A stretch of 64,000 nt of DNA from Eledone cirrhosa. Lineage: Eukaryota. Position 1 is the first letter of the stretch; each line of letters begins with the position of its first letter. This document shows, piece by piece, positions 1 through 13,908 of the stretch. The DNA lies in the NCBI GenBank assembly GCA_964016885.1, contig OZ024741.1, positions 274,908,001 to 274,972,000 on the forward strand, in the 5' to 3' direction. Both the position numbers and the translations under genes were made by a program. The notes beneath the pieces are model-generated. The model was given only the letters and a program-made list of their open reading frames with translations, had not been told where the DNA came from and made no database searches.

Positions 1-28
1 CCTTCTCCTAGAAAAAGCTAGGGGTCCT

Positions 29-69
<41 letters not shown>

Positions 70-146
70 ACATGCCCATATACATATATACATAGATGTC
101 TTTCGATCTATCATCTTATCTATTTATTTTTCTACCCCTATCTCTC

Positions 147-257
147 CGTCTTATATATTTGCATGTGTGTATACATGCGTTTGTATGTATATGTATATAT
201 ATATATATATGTGTGTGTGTGTATGTGTGTATCTGTCTGCGTGAGAGAGAGAGAGAG

Positions 258-326
<69 letters not shown>

Positions 327-722
327 GTGTGTGTGTGTGTGTGTGTATCTGTCTGCGTGTGTGTATGTGTCTGTGTATGTGTGTGAATGTGTATGTGTGT
401 ATGTGTGTGTGTGAGAGAGAGGGAGAGAGTGTGTGTGTGGGTGTGTGTGTATCAATCTGCGTGTGTGTATGTGTTTGTGTCTGTGTGTGTATGTGAATGT
501 GTGTGTGTGTGTGGGAGAGAGAGAGAGTGTGTGTGTGTATCTGTCTGCGTGTGTGTATGTGTCTGTGTCTGTATGTGTATGTGTATGTGTGTATGTGTGC
601 GTGAGAGAGAGAGTGTGTGTGAGCGTGTCTATCTGTATGCGTGTGTGTATGTGTCTGTGTCTGTATGTATATGTATGTGTGTTTCTGTGTGTGTGTGTAT
701 GTGTGTGTGTATCTGTCTCTGT
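147..722. repeat. (GT)n/(GA)n compound microsatellite
   Basis: Direct dinucleotide runs; the CV/TH/RE ORFs here are artefacts. Confidence 0.95.
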
Positions 723-1309
723 CAATCCAAAAATCTATCAGCTCCCCCCCCCCTACTATTTCTCTGTTCTATTTGCTCTATCACACAGATGTCCTTTTTA
801 TGTGTTCTCTTATTATACATTTTAACCCTTTCTTCCCCAGCCTTCTAGTCCCCCTCTCCTCCTCCAACCTCCACTCTTTCCCCCCTCCCAGCTACCCTTC
901 CTCTATCCTCTCCCCATAATTCCTCTCCTCCACTTCGTATTTCCTTCCCCCTCTATCTTTATCTGTCTCTCCTTCTCTCTCTATCCCCTCCCTCTCTCCC
1001 CTCCCACACTCCCACCCCTCTCTCTCTCTCCTCTCCCCCTCTCTCCCCTTCCTCTTCCCCTCTCTTGTCTACCCCCTCCCCCCACACACTGTCTGTAGTT
1101 TCCAGTATTTTACGAACGTTCATTGAATTAAACCTGACAGATTCCTTTCGAATTGCAGAGACACCACGTGACTATTGATGACACAAGATGGCGCCCCTGT
1201 TGACCGAGACGGGTTTGGTAGGGGCAGGAGGTGGAGGGGGAGAGGAGTTGGTGGGGTAGGTGAAGGGGTGGGGGTAATTGATGAGCAGACAACGAAGTGT
1301 TTATGGTGT

Positions 1310-1830
1310 CAATGAGACATGGATACTTTCCAGCGCTGAGATCGAACCCTAGGTGAATTACTAAGCCATGACAGATACTTCCCTGTATTGAGATCGAACC
1401 CTAGGTGAAATATCCAGCCATGATAAATACTGCCTTGGGTTGAGATCGAACTCTAGGTAAATTATTCAGCCATAACAGATACCGGCCTGTCTTGGGATCG
1501 AATTCCAGGTGAATTACACAGCTATGACAAATACTTCCTTTACTGAGATCGAACCCTAGGTGAATTACTAAGCCATGACAGATACTTCCCTGTATTGAGA
1601 TCGAACCCTAGGTGAAATATCCATCCATGACAGATACTTCCCAGTGCTGAGATCGAACCCTAGGTGGATTACTAAGCCATGACAGATACTTCCCTGTATT
1701 GAGATCGAACCCTAGGTGAAATATCCAGCCATGACAGATACTGCCTTCGGTCGAGATCGAACCCTAGGTAAATTATTCAGCCATAACAGATACGGGCCTG
1801 TCTTGGGATCGAATCCCAGGTGAATTATAT
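1310..1830. repeat. ~50-bp minisatellite (GAGATCGAACCCTAGGTGAA...CCATGACAGATACTTCC), ~10 copies
   Basis: GAGATCGAACCCTAGG recurs at ~49-50 bp spacing. Confidence 0.9.
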
Positions 1831-2149
1831 GTCAAGACAGATCAGTATACATGACGAAACTAAACAACAACAACAACAATAACAGCAACAACAACAGCAA
1901 CACTAGCAACAACAATAAGTTAATGAAGACAAAACAAATCTGTTATTTACAGGAGAATGTTTTGTTTTGTCTTTTGAATTGCCTGAACAATTTCTTTAAA
2001 GGAAATCTCAACAAGGACGGTGCCCCAGCATGGCCTCAGCCGGATGGCTGGAACAGGTAAAAGAGTAAAAGAAGGACTCGGGAAATGTAGCCCTAGATGT
2101 AATATCTTTGGTGGTAGGTCTGGGTTGGACTGGAAGAAAACAAGGACAA

Positions 2150-2634
2150 TAAAAGCAGCAACAACAAAACACATCAGCAACAACACCAAAAAACATCAGC
2201 ACAACACCAACATAAACAATGACAATGACAACACCACAGCAACAACAACAACAATAATAACAACAATACCAACAACCACAACAACAACCACAACAACACC
2301 AACAACAACAATAACAACACCACCACTAACAACAACAATAACAACACCACTATCAACAACAACAATGTCAACACCACCAACAACAGCAACACCAACAACA
2401 CCAACAACAACAATAACAACACCAACAACGATACAACGACAACAACGACAACAACAACAACAACAACAATGACAACAACACCACCAACAACAACACCGAC
2501 AACAATAACAACAACACCACCAACAACAACACCAACAATAATAACAACAACAACGCCACCACCAACAACAATAACAACACCAACAACAATAACAACACCA
2601 ACAACAACACTACCACTATCAACAACAATGACAA

Positions 2635-2667
<33 letters not shown>

Positions 2668-2710
2668 AAAAACACTAACAACAAAAACACCACCACCACC
2701 ACCACCACCA

Positions 2711-2744
<34 letters not shown>

Positions 2745-2810
2745 AACGGCGGCGGCGACGGCGGCGGCGACGGCGGCGACGGCGACGACGGCGACGACGA
2801 CGACGGCGAC
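2150..2810. repeat. (ACA/ACC)n then (CGA/CGG)n trinucleotide repeats
   Basis: Direct. Confidence 0.9.
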
Positions 2811-2977
2811 AGGGCTATCAGACAGGGAAGACGTGTTTATTTGAGCTCCGCAAACTGGTATATTTTCATTTTTTTCCCATCTGTATTAATTGTTTGATTT
2901 GGAAAAGTTCGTAAGACGAGTGTCTTTGCCCTGTGAAGGGGAGACGTTATAAATATTTGAACATTATATATTTTTCT

Positions 2978-3162
2978 GGCGGTGGATTGTCAGTATCAGT
3001 AGAGAGTTGGACGCCATACTTTCCAGCATAGTTACGTCCCTTTACGATCTGAGTTCAAATCCCGCCGAGGTTGACTTTGCCTTTCATCCTTACGGGGTCG
3101 ATAAAATAAAGTGCCAGTAATGCACTGGGTAATTTGCTGGCCTGGTGCCTAAAGTAGAAACA
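2978..3162 (+). mobile_element. tRNA-derived SINE (cephalopod-type) with 15-bp TSD
   Basis: GGCGGTGGATTG head, B-box-like GAGTTCAAATCCC, body GACTTTGCCTTTCATCCTTACGGGGTCGATAAAATAAAGT; ATTATATATTTTTCT duplicated at 2963-2977 and 3163-3177; many other copies in the window. Confidence 0.85.
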
Positions 3163-4235
3163 ATTATATATTTTTCTCATTAAAAAAAAAACATGGACGA
3201 GACACCCCCACACATTATGTCTGCCGTCTCAGGATAACGACTTGAAAGTTGAGAGGAGGGACTCAAGCACAATTATGGACACACAAACACAACATGCAAA
3301 AATGAAATTAGCAGCATCACCACTAAGAACCTGAACAACGACAGCAACAATGAAACAGGTGAAGAGAGCAACGGCAGCATTTACAGACAACAGCAACGGC
3401 AGCAACAGCGTTCTAGGCTCCCTCATCTGTACTCGTTTTCAGACGATAGTTATCCCTATGTCTTCCTAAGGATATTATCCGGCAACCTCTGTACTCGATG
3501 TTGTTATAGTCGCTTCGAAGAGTGCGACAAACATTTTTGACAGTCAGCAATTCAAGATAAAGCAGACGGTAATAACAGAAATCACAACCGTATCAACAGC
3601 ACAACTAGTGGACTTTGAAAGAAAACCTGCATTATGACTACTTTCTCGATTGGGAATCAGTGAATTAGTGTTTGATAGCAGCAACAGCAACAAACTGACA
3701 CATCATCATCGGGAGCAGCGGCAGTGTCGTCGCTGCCGACGACGGAAACAGCAGTGTATACATGGCAGAGAGATGGGTTTTTTGAATGACGCCATTTTTC
3801 GGGGGGGGGGGGGGGTCGTATTTACTAAATGCAAAGTTCAAATTGGAATTTCGCCCAGGAAGGCTAAATAACAATTAATTTCGACCACTTCAAGAGAAAC
3901 CGGGTGTGTTGAGAAACAAAACAATATAATTTTTTTTAAATACGTTCGCAATTGTTCTGTACAACAATCGCAAACTTACGGGAACAAAAATTCCTGCGAC
4001 GTATATACCTCCACAATAATAATCCAGCTGTCAGCGACGAGTCTCGCTTTCCTTTTCCTTTTCCTTTTCCTTTTCGTCATCGCCACACAGTAAATGTCAG
4101 GCGAAAACCATTTCGTTCTTTTCGTCATCAAGCAGCGGTCGAGAAGTGGATGATGATGATGCATTTAACAACAATAGAGGTAGCGGTGGCGGTATTGACA
4201 ATAACACCTGTGGTGACAGAGCACAAACCAGAATC

Positions 4236-4915
4236 TGGAACCTACTCGTGTGGCACCCTTCGTGGACGTCCGGTGAGCTCGGTCGAATGCCCGAAAGGAT
4301 ATCTGTCAAATTCGGATCTGTATACACCCAGAGATGCGACGTGGGACACACGTCGTTTTTTTTTTTTGGGGGGGGGGGGGGTCGACAACCGGAGCTGTAA
4401 GACCCGCCCTACATCTCCGGAAGTTACTTCTCATGGCGGGTGATGTCGAGTCGAAACCTGCCCTATCCTGCGCGGGATGTTCCAGGACGATCCGACAAGA
4501 CTTCGTGCCCATTTCCTGCTCGACTTGCCGACGTATCTTCCTCAGGATCTGCAGCGGCCTGACTCGAATACAGAAAAAGAGTCCTCAAGGCTTCGTGTGT
4601 GGCGTCTGTCGGGGGAATAATGTCGTGCCTATCATCCGTCCTGCGGCGATCTCCATTCGCAGATGTCAAATTTGCCATGCAAAAATTCGTTCAGACAACC
4701 CCCCCCCCCCTCGTTTGCTCTACATGTCTTCTGCAGTGAAGGGGAGGAGTCGTCTGAACACATCTGGCTAAGATGCCCTGCATTGGCGATCGAGAGATAC
4801 CATCACCAACTCGGCACATCCTTGGAGGAATTAGTCCGTCTCCCAGTTGCATCTCTAGCGCTTCTGAGGAGGATCCTCGGGCGCCTGAGGTGATTAAAAG
4901 AAAGAAGACAACAAC
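4236..4915 (+). mobile_element. Internally deleted non-LTR retrotransposon (Ingi-like): decayed 2A-like motif, PHD-type Zn finger, C-terminal Zn-knuckle remnant, (ACA)n tail
   Basis: LLLMAGDVESKP then CxxC..CxxC..C..CxxC; jumps to EESSEHIWLRCPAL...LGRLR* followed by a simple-repeat tail. Confidence 0.6.
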
Positions 4916-5405
4916 AACAACAACAACAACAACACCAACAACAATCACAACACCAACAACACCAACAACAATGACAACAACAACAAGAATAACAAAACCA
5001 ACAACAACAACACCAACAACACCAACACCAACCACAACAACAACAAGAATAACAAAACCAACAACAATTACACCGCAGCAACAACAACAACAACGACAAC
5101 ACCGACAACATCAACAACAAGAATAACAAAACCAACAACAATAACACCACAGCAACAACAACAACAACAACGACAACACCGACAACATCAACAACAAGAA
5201 TAACAAAACCAACAACAATAACACCACAGCAACAACAACAACAACAACGACAACACCGATAACATCAACAACAAGAATAACAAAACCAACAACAATAACA
5301 CCACAGCAACAACAACAACAACAACGACAACACCGATAACATCAACAACAAGAATAACAAAACCAACAACAATAACACCACAGCAACAACAACAACACCA
5401 ACAGC
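4908..5405. repeat. (ACA)n-rich repeat with ~57-bp higher-order unit
   Basis: CAAGAATAACAAAACCAACAAC recurs. Confidence 0.85.
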
Positions 5406-5903
5406 AAGAAGGAAGGAATCTTGTTGTAGCCCTAGATGGAATATCTTTAATGGTAGGTCTGTGTTGAATCATGATTGAACTGGGGTTAAATAATAACAAC
5501 AACACAAGGACCACCACAAGCAACAACTACAACACCAACACTAACACTACTAACACAACTACCAATACCACACCCATCACAAACATAACATTAGCACTAA
5601 AACCACCAACCCTAATACGACCACCGACAGCAACAACAACAGCAACCACCACCACCACTACTACCATTACCATCACCCCCACTACCACTAACAACAACAC
5701 TACCAATACTACAACCACTACAAATACCACAAACTACACCTCACACCACGCCACCACCACCACTACCAACAACAACACCACCTCGACCACAACCACACTA
5801 ATATGTATGTATATATATATATATATCCATATATATATATATATATATATCCATATATATATATATATATCCATATATATATATCCATCTATATATCCAT
5901 ATA

Positions 5904-6103
5904 TAGGAACGAGTAGGACCCCGACGGCTGAGCTCAAGCCGTTTCGACGGCTAATTCTGGACGCGTCCAGAATTAGCCGTCAAAACGGCTTGAGCTCAGC
6001 CGTCGGGGTCCTACTCGTTCCTATTACCCACTCTACTACCCTAAGTATTGAGTACTTTGGTGCGTTATGGTCCACCTGGTTCCTTACCACATTTCCTTCG
6101 TTA
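5904..6103 (+). mobile_element. Fold-back fragment of Penelope-type terminal repeat, family A
   Basis: Near-perfect palindrome centred at GGACGCGTCC (~5963), ~60-bp arms plus 80-bp tail, flanked by (TA)n; same family at 12.9, 16.0, 21.5, 21.8 and 23.1 kb. Confidence 0.75.
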
Positions 6104-6305
6104 TCCATATATATATATATATCCATATGTATATGTATATTTATATATATATTTTAAAAAATAGAGGTGTGACACACGAGCTGTGATATATTAGTAAAAA
6201 GGAAAAGAAAATGCTGACAAATTTTTCCCAGCGAGAAATAGTTTAATTAGGAATAAGTATAAATTAGTAATAAGTATTGGTTAGTATTCAGTTTTAGTTT
6301 TAAGT

Positions 6306-6341
6306 TTTTACCGGTTGCGCATTTCTAATGCTTTTCAAAAA
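6306..6341 (-). ncRNA. Minimal hammerhead-like motif, U3-A8 variant with GCAA instead of GAAA
   Basis: Minus strand: TTT-TTGAAAA-GCATT/AGA/AATGC-GCAA-CCGG-TA-AAA. Confidence 0.5.
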
Positions 6342-6699
6342 TAATTTTGAGATACAGCGCCCGTGTTGTTTGCTCTAATCTGATCAGTTTTGGAAATTCT
6401 TCCTGTTTTATGTGAAAAAAGTGGTTCCAGAGGTATTAAGATTTGGTTGGTTGTTGAATGTCACGTGAATAAGTACTATAAATTTCGCGCCAATTCGTGT
6501 TGCAAAAATTCTTGTAGTTAAAACAATTTTGATTGGTCGATAGAGGTCACGTAAATGTTAAAAATTGATTTTAGCGCGAACTGGTTTGGCGCCAAATGTA
6601 GGTTTGCCAAAGAGTGTACTTTTTCGCTTGATTGAGTTGCAGTGATGTTGAGAAGTCACTGAAAAACATGTCTAATAAGACAAATATGTGTGTGTGTAA

Positions 6700-8910
6700 C
6701 CAACTCCCAACCTTATCAACTGACTCTCCAAAGGTCTTAAATTCACACCGACCCCCCCCCCCCTCCTACGTCCTAACTACTATCAAATGAAGGAAGACAT
6801 CACAGACTTCTGTAGAAAGTTACGACTTAGTGAAGAACTATTCGACCAGTACAATGAGGATGAATCATTAGCCTGAAATAGAAGCAACTACACCCCATCA
6901 AAAGGTAGAAATAAAATCCTGGACGAATTCTGTGAACACATCACAAACTTCCCTTACCAACACTTGTACAGACAAAAACACAAGCCAAACCTCAACAAGA
7001 AAGAATGGGAACAATTAAATAGATTAAAAACCGACAGAACTATTACAATTAAAGAGGCTGATGAAGGGAGTGCAGTAGTCCTAATGGAGACAGCATTATA
7101 TATCAACTTAGCGCTCTCCACTTTGGAAAACGAAACATACTACGAAAAGGCAGAACACTACAATCAACAGAAAATTATGAGAAGCCTAAAAACTCTGATC
7201 AAAGAAGGACTCACTAACAAGGAATTCAGCTTCATCACAGACTTCTCGAGTAAATCCAGCCTTTTCTACGGTATCCCTAAAGTACATAAAAGCGAATTAA
7301 TAAGTAAGGCATGCAAGGAAGCCACAGACATAGTCATCAATGCCCCCTCACCCAATGATCTCAAATTAAGACCTATAATAGCAGGCCCCGCTTGCGAAAC
7401 CCAACGTCTTAGCAACTTCATTGATACCCTTCTCAAGCCTTTCCTCAAACACATCAAAAGCTATATAAGGGACGACCTAGATATGCTCAATCACCTCCCT
7501 AATATGCCCCTTACTGAACAAACCCTACTAGTGACGTTCGATGTAGTCAACCTATACTCCAACATCCCCCACAACCTAGGAATAGAAGCTATCCAATTCT
7601 GGCTGGATAATTACCACAATGAACTCCCACAGCGCATCAAAAAAGAATTCGTGATAGAAGGACTCAAATTTATCTTGGAGAACAATTACTTCGTTTTCAA
7701 TAACAAATCCTACAGACAGAAATCTGGGACCGCTATGGGAACGAAAATGGCCCCCACTTATGCCAACCTAGTCATGGGATACCTGGAAATCACCCTCTAC
7801 AATAAAGTACTAAACAAATTTGGAAACACTCTCCACTTACACATAGAAAAGAACTGGAAGCGATATCTAGATTACTGCTTCATCCTTTGGCACGAAAACA
7901 TCGGGAAACTTAAAGAATTTCACACCCTTATAAATGGGCTCAACACGAATATTAACTTTACGATGGAATACAGCCATCAACAACTCCCCTTCCTCGACAT
8001 CCTCATTAAGATTCATAACAAAAAAATAGAAACAGACATATACTACAAGCCCACAGACTCCAAGCAATATCTTCCTTTCAATTCTTGCCACCCTAGACAC
8101 GTTAAAATTAATATTCCCTACAACTTAGCCAAGAGAATCTGTACTATAGCCTCCAATAAAAACACCTGTTACTTACGGCTACAAGAACTAAAGGACACAC
8201 TCATAAGCAGGGACTACCCTGCATCACTAATTGACAATGGAATCCAACATGCCCTAAAACTCAGTACCCTAAAGTAAATCAACCGAAACTAAAAGCTCTT
8301 CCATACATCTCCACACGCAACTCCCTCAACAATGAGGCCTTTGACACCATCCTCCAGAACATCCCTGTGTTAAAAAAGGACCATAGAATGAACCAAATCA
8401 TTCGAACACACAATATCATAAAGAGTAAAAGACAATCTAAGTCAATGAAAAACATCCTAACACATGCCAAAGTACTGCCAACCACAACAACGAAATCCAC
8501 AGTAAAAAAAATGCGATAGACCCAACTGTGGCATATGTATCAACCTAATAGAGGGTTCGGAATTCTATTTCAAAGAAGGACAACGTTTTATAGTAAAATA
8601 CAATTTCACATGCGCATCAGAAAATCTAATATATGTATTAACTTGCTCAGGTTGTCGAGAACAATACATAGGCCAGACTAAAAACAGCCTCCGCCAACGC
8701 ATGACTGTCCATAGATCCCAAATTAAAATACGGGAATACAGGAAAATACCACTGAGTGAACACATTGATACCTGTGTCGCCCAAAATCATCCCAACTTTA
8801 GAATCTTTCCCCCTCTACAAATTTAAAGATAATGCCACCCACACCCAGCGCATCAGCAAGGAATCTTACTTTATTAACAAATACGGACCCCGTCTAAACA
8901 CTTCTCCCTA
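6700..8910 (+). pseudogene. Penelope-like RT/GIY-YIG polyprotein (disrupted)
   Basis: SKGLKFTPTP, KEADEGSAVV, FYGIPKVHK, LRPII, FDVVNLYSNIP, GTAMGTKMAPTYANL, RYLDY (degraded YxDD), LPFLD, YYKPTD; after stops/frameshifts CDRPNCGIC and NLIYVLTCSGCREQYIGQTKNSLRQRMTVH (GIY-YIG). Confidence 0.9.
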
Positions 8911-9365
8911 AGACGAACCCACAACATACACACGTCAACATACATACCTACATCAGCATACATCCTACATACATTTCTATCCACATATAAACACAATGAC
9001 ATACGTAAACACACATGTCCTATGGTGCAACACAAACATACACAAATTTGCATACCTTTTGATGTTTATAGATATAAACGTGCCGAGACACACACATACA
9101 CATACGCACACATGTATTGCACATTGATGGGCACATACATATTTGTACACAATTATCCCATACGGCAGGGCCTAATGGATTTCCCTTGCAGTACGTACAA
9201 TCTGGACTCACACACACCTTGGTGTTATGACAATACTATACATCATTTCACCTCTTTTATTATTGATGTTTTTGATGTTCTTTTGAGAGAATCGTTTTTG
9301 CAAATGACTGAAAATATCGAATGATGTACACCATTTTTACCAGTACTACAAACATACTGGTCCAT

Positions 9366-9476
<111 letters not shown>

Positions 9477-10116
9477 CACATACACACGCGTACACTAACA
9501 TACAAACAGACATACACACACTTATCCGTATAAGACAAGAGCTGAAAAATATATTTCAACATGTTAAAAGTACGTGTACACACGTACACATACATTCCTA
9601 CTGAGCAATTCATTCCCTCTACCACGAACCACTCTGCTACACACACACACACATATTTGTCTTAATAGACACCTGAACTGTTGACCTTTCAACATGACTG
9701 CAACTCATACACACATCCCTACTGACCATTATCGCAACAATGAACCTCTTTACTACACACACACACACATATTTGTCTTAATAGACATGTTTTTCAGTGA
9801 CTTCTTAACATCACTGCAACTCAATCAAGCGAAAAAGAACACTCTTCGACAAACCTACATTTGGCGCCAAACCAGTTCGTGCTAAAATCAATTTTTAACA
9901 TTCACGTGACCTCTACCGACCAATCAAAATTGTTTTAACTACAAGAATTTTTGCATCACGAATTGGCGCGAAATTTATAGTACTTATTCACGTGACATTC
10001 AACAACCAACCAAATCTTAATACCTCTGGAGCCACTTTTTTCTCATAAAACAGGAAGAATTTCCAAAACTGATCAGATTAGAGCAAACATTACGAGTGCT
10101 CTATATCTCAAAATTA

Positions 10117-10152
10117 TTTTTGAAAAGCATTAGAAATGCGCAACCGGTAAAC
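10117..10152 (+). ncRNA. Minimal hammerhead-like motif in Penelope 3' repeat (U3-A8, GCAA variant)
   Basis: TTT-TTGAAAA-GCATT/AGA/AATGC-GCAA-CCGG-TA-AAC; mirror of 6306-6341. Confidence 0.5.
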
Positions 10153-10263
10153 ACTTAAAACTAAAACTGAATACTAACCAATACTTATTACTAATTTATA
10201 CTTATTCCTAATTAAACTATTTTTCACTGGGAAAAATTTGTCAGCATTTTCTTTTCCTTTTTA

Positions 10264-10356
<93 letters not shown>

Positions 10357-10393
10357 TTATATATATATGCATTTATATATATATACATGTATA

Positions 10394-10964
10394 CAGGGTG
10401 CGGACGATATTTGTTCGCAAGATTACTGTCTAGGAGAAATTAGCACAGTAGTTTTATTTCTTAAGATTTATTTATCAAACTTGGTTCAATTTGTCTTCAT
10501 GACTTGTTCTCTCGATCTCATTCTATAAACCCGCCATTGGCTTTGATGAGGGCCTCAAGGCGGCCTCCGAACCGGCTACAGGCCTTCGTCACTGTCCCCC
10601 GACTTAGGCCCCTAAAGGCACTTGTGATCCTGGCCTTCAGATCGTCTTTCGTATTTCAGCTAGATCAGTTGGTGTCTCGTTCCACTGCGCCTCACACAAA
10701 GAAGTCGAGGGGGTTGCAGTCAGGCGAGCTGGGAGGCCAGATGTCAGGTGAAGTGTGGTCGACGAAGTTCTCTGACAGCCAGGCTTGGGTCTTTCGGCTG
10801 GTATGGCAGGGCGCTGAGTCTTGCTGCCACACACGTACAACCTACCTGCAGCTATCTGGTCGATCCAGGGCCTTACTACCTTGCTCAGAACGCGGATGTA
10901 GCCATCGGTATTCAGCTTGAGGCACTCAGGGAAGAAGTGAGCTGGCATGACGTCAACTTGACTA

Positions 10965-10967
<3 letters not shown>
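10394..10967 (-). mobile_element. Tc1/mariner (maT/DD37D-like) transposon remnant
   Basis: Minus strand encodes WPPSSPDCNPLDFFV and YIRVLSKVVRPWI; begins TA|CAGGGTG; frameshifted. Confidence 0.75.
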
Positions 10968-11035
<68 letters not shown>

Positions 11036-11166
11036 AAAGTTTTATTTAAAATTGTTGGGTTACAACGAGTAAATATTTTATAACTGATATAAAGCACTCA
11101 ACAAATGGAAGTTGATCAATATTTATGGTACGTCAAATTTATTTATAAAACTGCTTATATATTGTA

Positions 11167-11228
11167 TTTTATCTGAAGAAGGCATACCATATTCTTAATA
11201 TGGTATCCCTGAAATATGTATAATGAAA
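11167..11228 (+). ncRNA. Type I hammerhead ribozyme
   Basis: TTTTAT-CTGAAGA-AGG..ATACCATATT/AATATGGTAT..CCT-GAAA-TATGTA-TA-ATGAAA; within a 240-bp insert between (TA)n tracts. Confidence 0.75.
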
Positions 11229-11270
11229 TAAATATGGTTTTATAAATATACTTTCCATTTGTTTAATATC

Positions 11271-11353
<83 letters not shown>

Positions 11354-11664
11354 TATATACATATATATATATAAATATATATATATACTGTATTGATATC
11401 TATATATATATATTCTACACATTATACATGCTACCTGACTTTGTCACTATATCATATGCATCTCCAGTTAGTCTTGACAATGTCAGGCCAATATATGGTA
11501 TATATCAAATGAAATATATGTGATGCACGTGTGGGGAGGAATATATTCGCATGTGTTGATGTGCGATTGTGTCAGTGTGTGTATGTCTGTTTGCCTCTGT
11601 CTGTGTGCGTAAGTATGTGTGTGTGTGTGTGTGTGTGTGTCTGTGTGTGTGTGTGCGTGTGTGC

Positions 11665-11696
<32 letters not shown>

Positions 11697-11767
11697 ATAT
11701 ACATATATCATCAGCATTAGGACTTACAGCACAATCAATACGATCACTTCCAACAGCGTACATATAT

Positions 11768-11831
<64 letters not shown>

Positions 11832-11884
11832 ATATATATATGTATATATATATATTGTATATATACATATATATATATTGTATA

Positions 11885-12290
11885 TATACACCTCTTCGTT
11901 GCTGTAGTGGAGTCTGTGCTGCTGTACGGGTCTGAGACTTGCTGTACGGGTCTGAGACCAAGAAACTCACTCAGATGGTGGATGGGTGCTACACGAGAAT
12001 GCTGAGGATGGCTCTGAACATTAATCAGTATACACTGAGGATGAAAAACTCAGAGCTGTATGGGAGCCTCCAAAAATTCAGCTCAAAAGTGACACAGAGG
12101 AGACTGAGGTTAGCTGGACATGCTCACCTACATCCAGAGTTGACATTGCACTCAGTGCTCCTGTGGGAGCCCCTACATGGACACACTGGAAGAGGAAGAC
12201 CAAGGTTAACGTATGTTGATGCCCTAAGGACAGACACTGGTCTGTTGGAGACGCAGGACATGGGAGCGATAACTCGTCCATGGATCTCGG
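11885..12290 (+). mobile_element. RTE-clade LINE 3' fragment
   Basis: [49 protein letters not shown]. Confidence 0.85.
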
Positions 12291-12302
12291 GAATTTTACC
12301 CG

Positions 12303-12418
<116 letters not shown>

Positions 12419-12500
12419 CAAGAAGAGCAGAACAAACAAACATTAAAAAATTCTTTAAAAAAAATTTTTTAAATGATTTAAATATTTACCCGTTCATAAT

Positions 12501-12580
12501 GCTATTACCGGCGGTTTCGCTTTACAAAGGGTTAGAGATTCGGAGAATTTCTAACGGAAAAGTAAAGTTCATCAGATAGC
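12501..12580 (-). ncRNA. Type I hammerhead ribozyme with long stem II
   Basis: Minus: GCTAT-CTGATGA-ACTTTAC..GTTAGAAATT/AATCTCTAAC..GTAAAGC-GAAA-CCGCCGG-TA-ATAGC; stem I GCTAT/ATAGC perfect. Confidence 0.75.
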
Positions 12581-12769
12581 TATTTCCATACAGTAGGAAA
12601 CTAGTCCCACAGTCTGCAAATATATGGCCAACTACCAGCTAGTGTAAGTGAGGCCGTTAGAATGACCCACACATGAACTGGACACTAGAAAAAGCGGGAA
12701 ATATTACAGACTCGTTAATGGCTGTTCTGCTAAAAAAAAATAGTAGTAAGCAGCAACGAATTTTTATCT

Positions 12770-12836
<67 letters not shown>

Positions 12837-12872
12837 TATATATATATAACTATCTATCTATCTATATATCTA

Positions 12873-13006
12873 TAACGAAGGAAGTGTGGTAAGGAACCAG
12901 ATGGACAATAACGCACCAGAGTACTCAATACTTAGTGAAGTAGAGTGGGTAATAGGAAACTGTTTAACCCCAACGGCTTGAGCTCTGCCGTCGGGGTGAA
13001 ACATTT

Positions 13007-13012
<6 letters not shown>
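12873..13012 (-). mobile_element. Family A Penelope-type terminal fragment with short fold-back
   Basis: TAACGAAGGAAGTGTGGTAAGGAACCAG... palindrome around GAGCTC. Confidence 0.7.
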
Positions 13013-13052
<40 letters not shown>

Positions 13053-13646
13053 ACCTATATATATAGTGACAAACAGAGACTGAGTGAGAGAGAGAGAGAC
13101 GGACAGACAAATAGAGAGTGAGCGAGAGAGAGAGAGAGAGAGAGAGAGTGAGAGAGAGAGAGAGAGAGAGACGAACAGTGAGTGAAAGAGAGAGAGAGAG
13201 AGATACTTTCTTATATAGGTAAATTGTCAAAGAATAATTAAGTTGAAGATAAGCTGACATAAAGCTCTTCACACCTTTGACTTGTTTGGCCAGCTTCAGC
13301 TCTAGTAGGGAATCTGTTATTCACAGCTTTTAACTATATACATCACACAAGCATATATGTGTATATATATATGTGTGTGTGTGTGTGTATGTGTGTGTGT
13401 GTTTGTATGTGTATGTATGTGTGTATACATGTATATTTATAAGCACAATATATAGGTATGTATCTTGGATTGTGCTTATATATATACATGTATACACACA
13501 TACATACACACACATACACACACATAACTATATATATATGTATATATATATATGTATATATATAGTTATATATATAGATATAGATATATATGTATATATA
13601 TAAATAACTGTATATATATATATATATATATAAATATATACATATT

Positions 13647-13703
<57 letters not shown>

Positions 13704-13824
13704 GCATATATGTATATATGTATATATGGATGTATGTATATATATATACTGTGTACAATTTCCTCCTGTCTTATGTTCGTCCATTTTCAACTATATATAT
13801 ATATATATATATATACATATATAT

Positions 13825-13908
<84 letters not shown>

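Noticed and set aside
3045-3070. tRNA gene suggested by a B-box
   Set aside because: No cloverleaf; it is the SINE head
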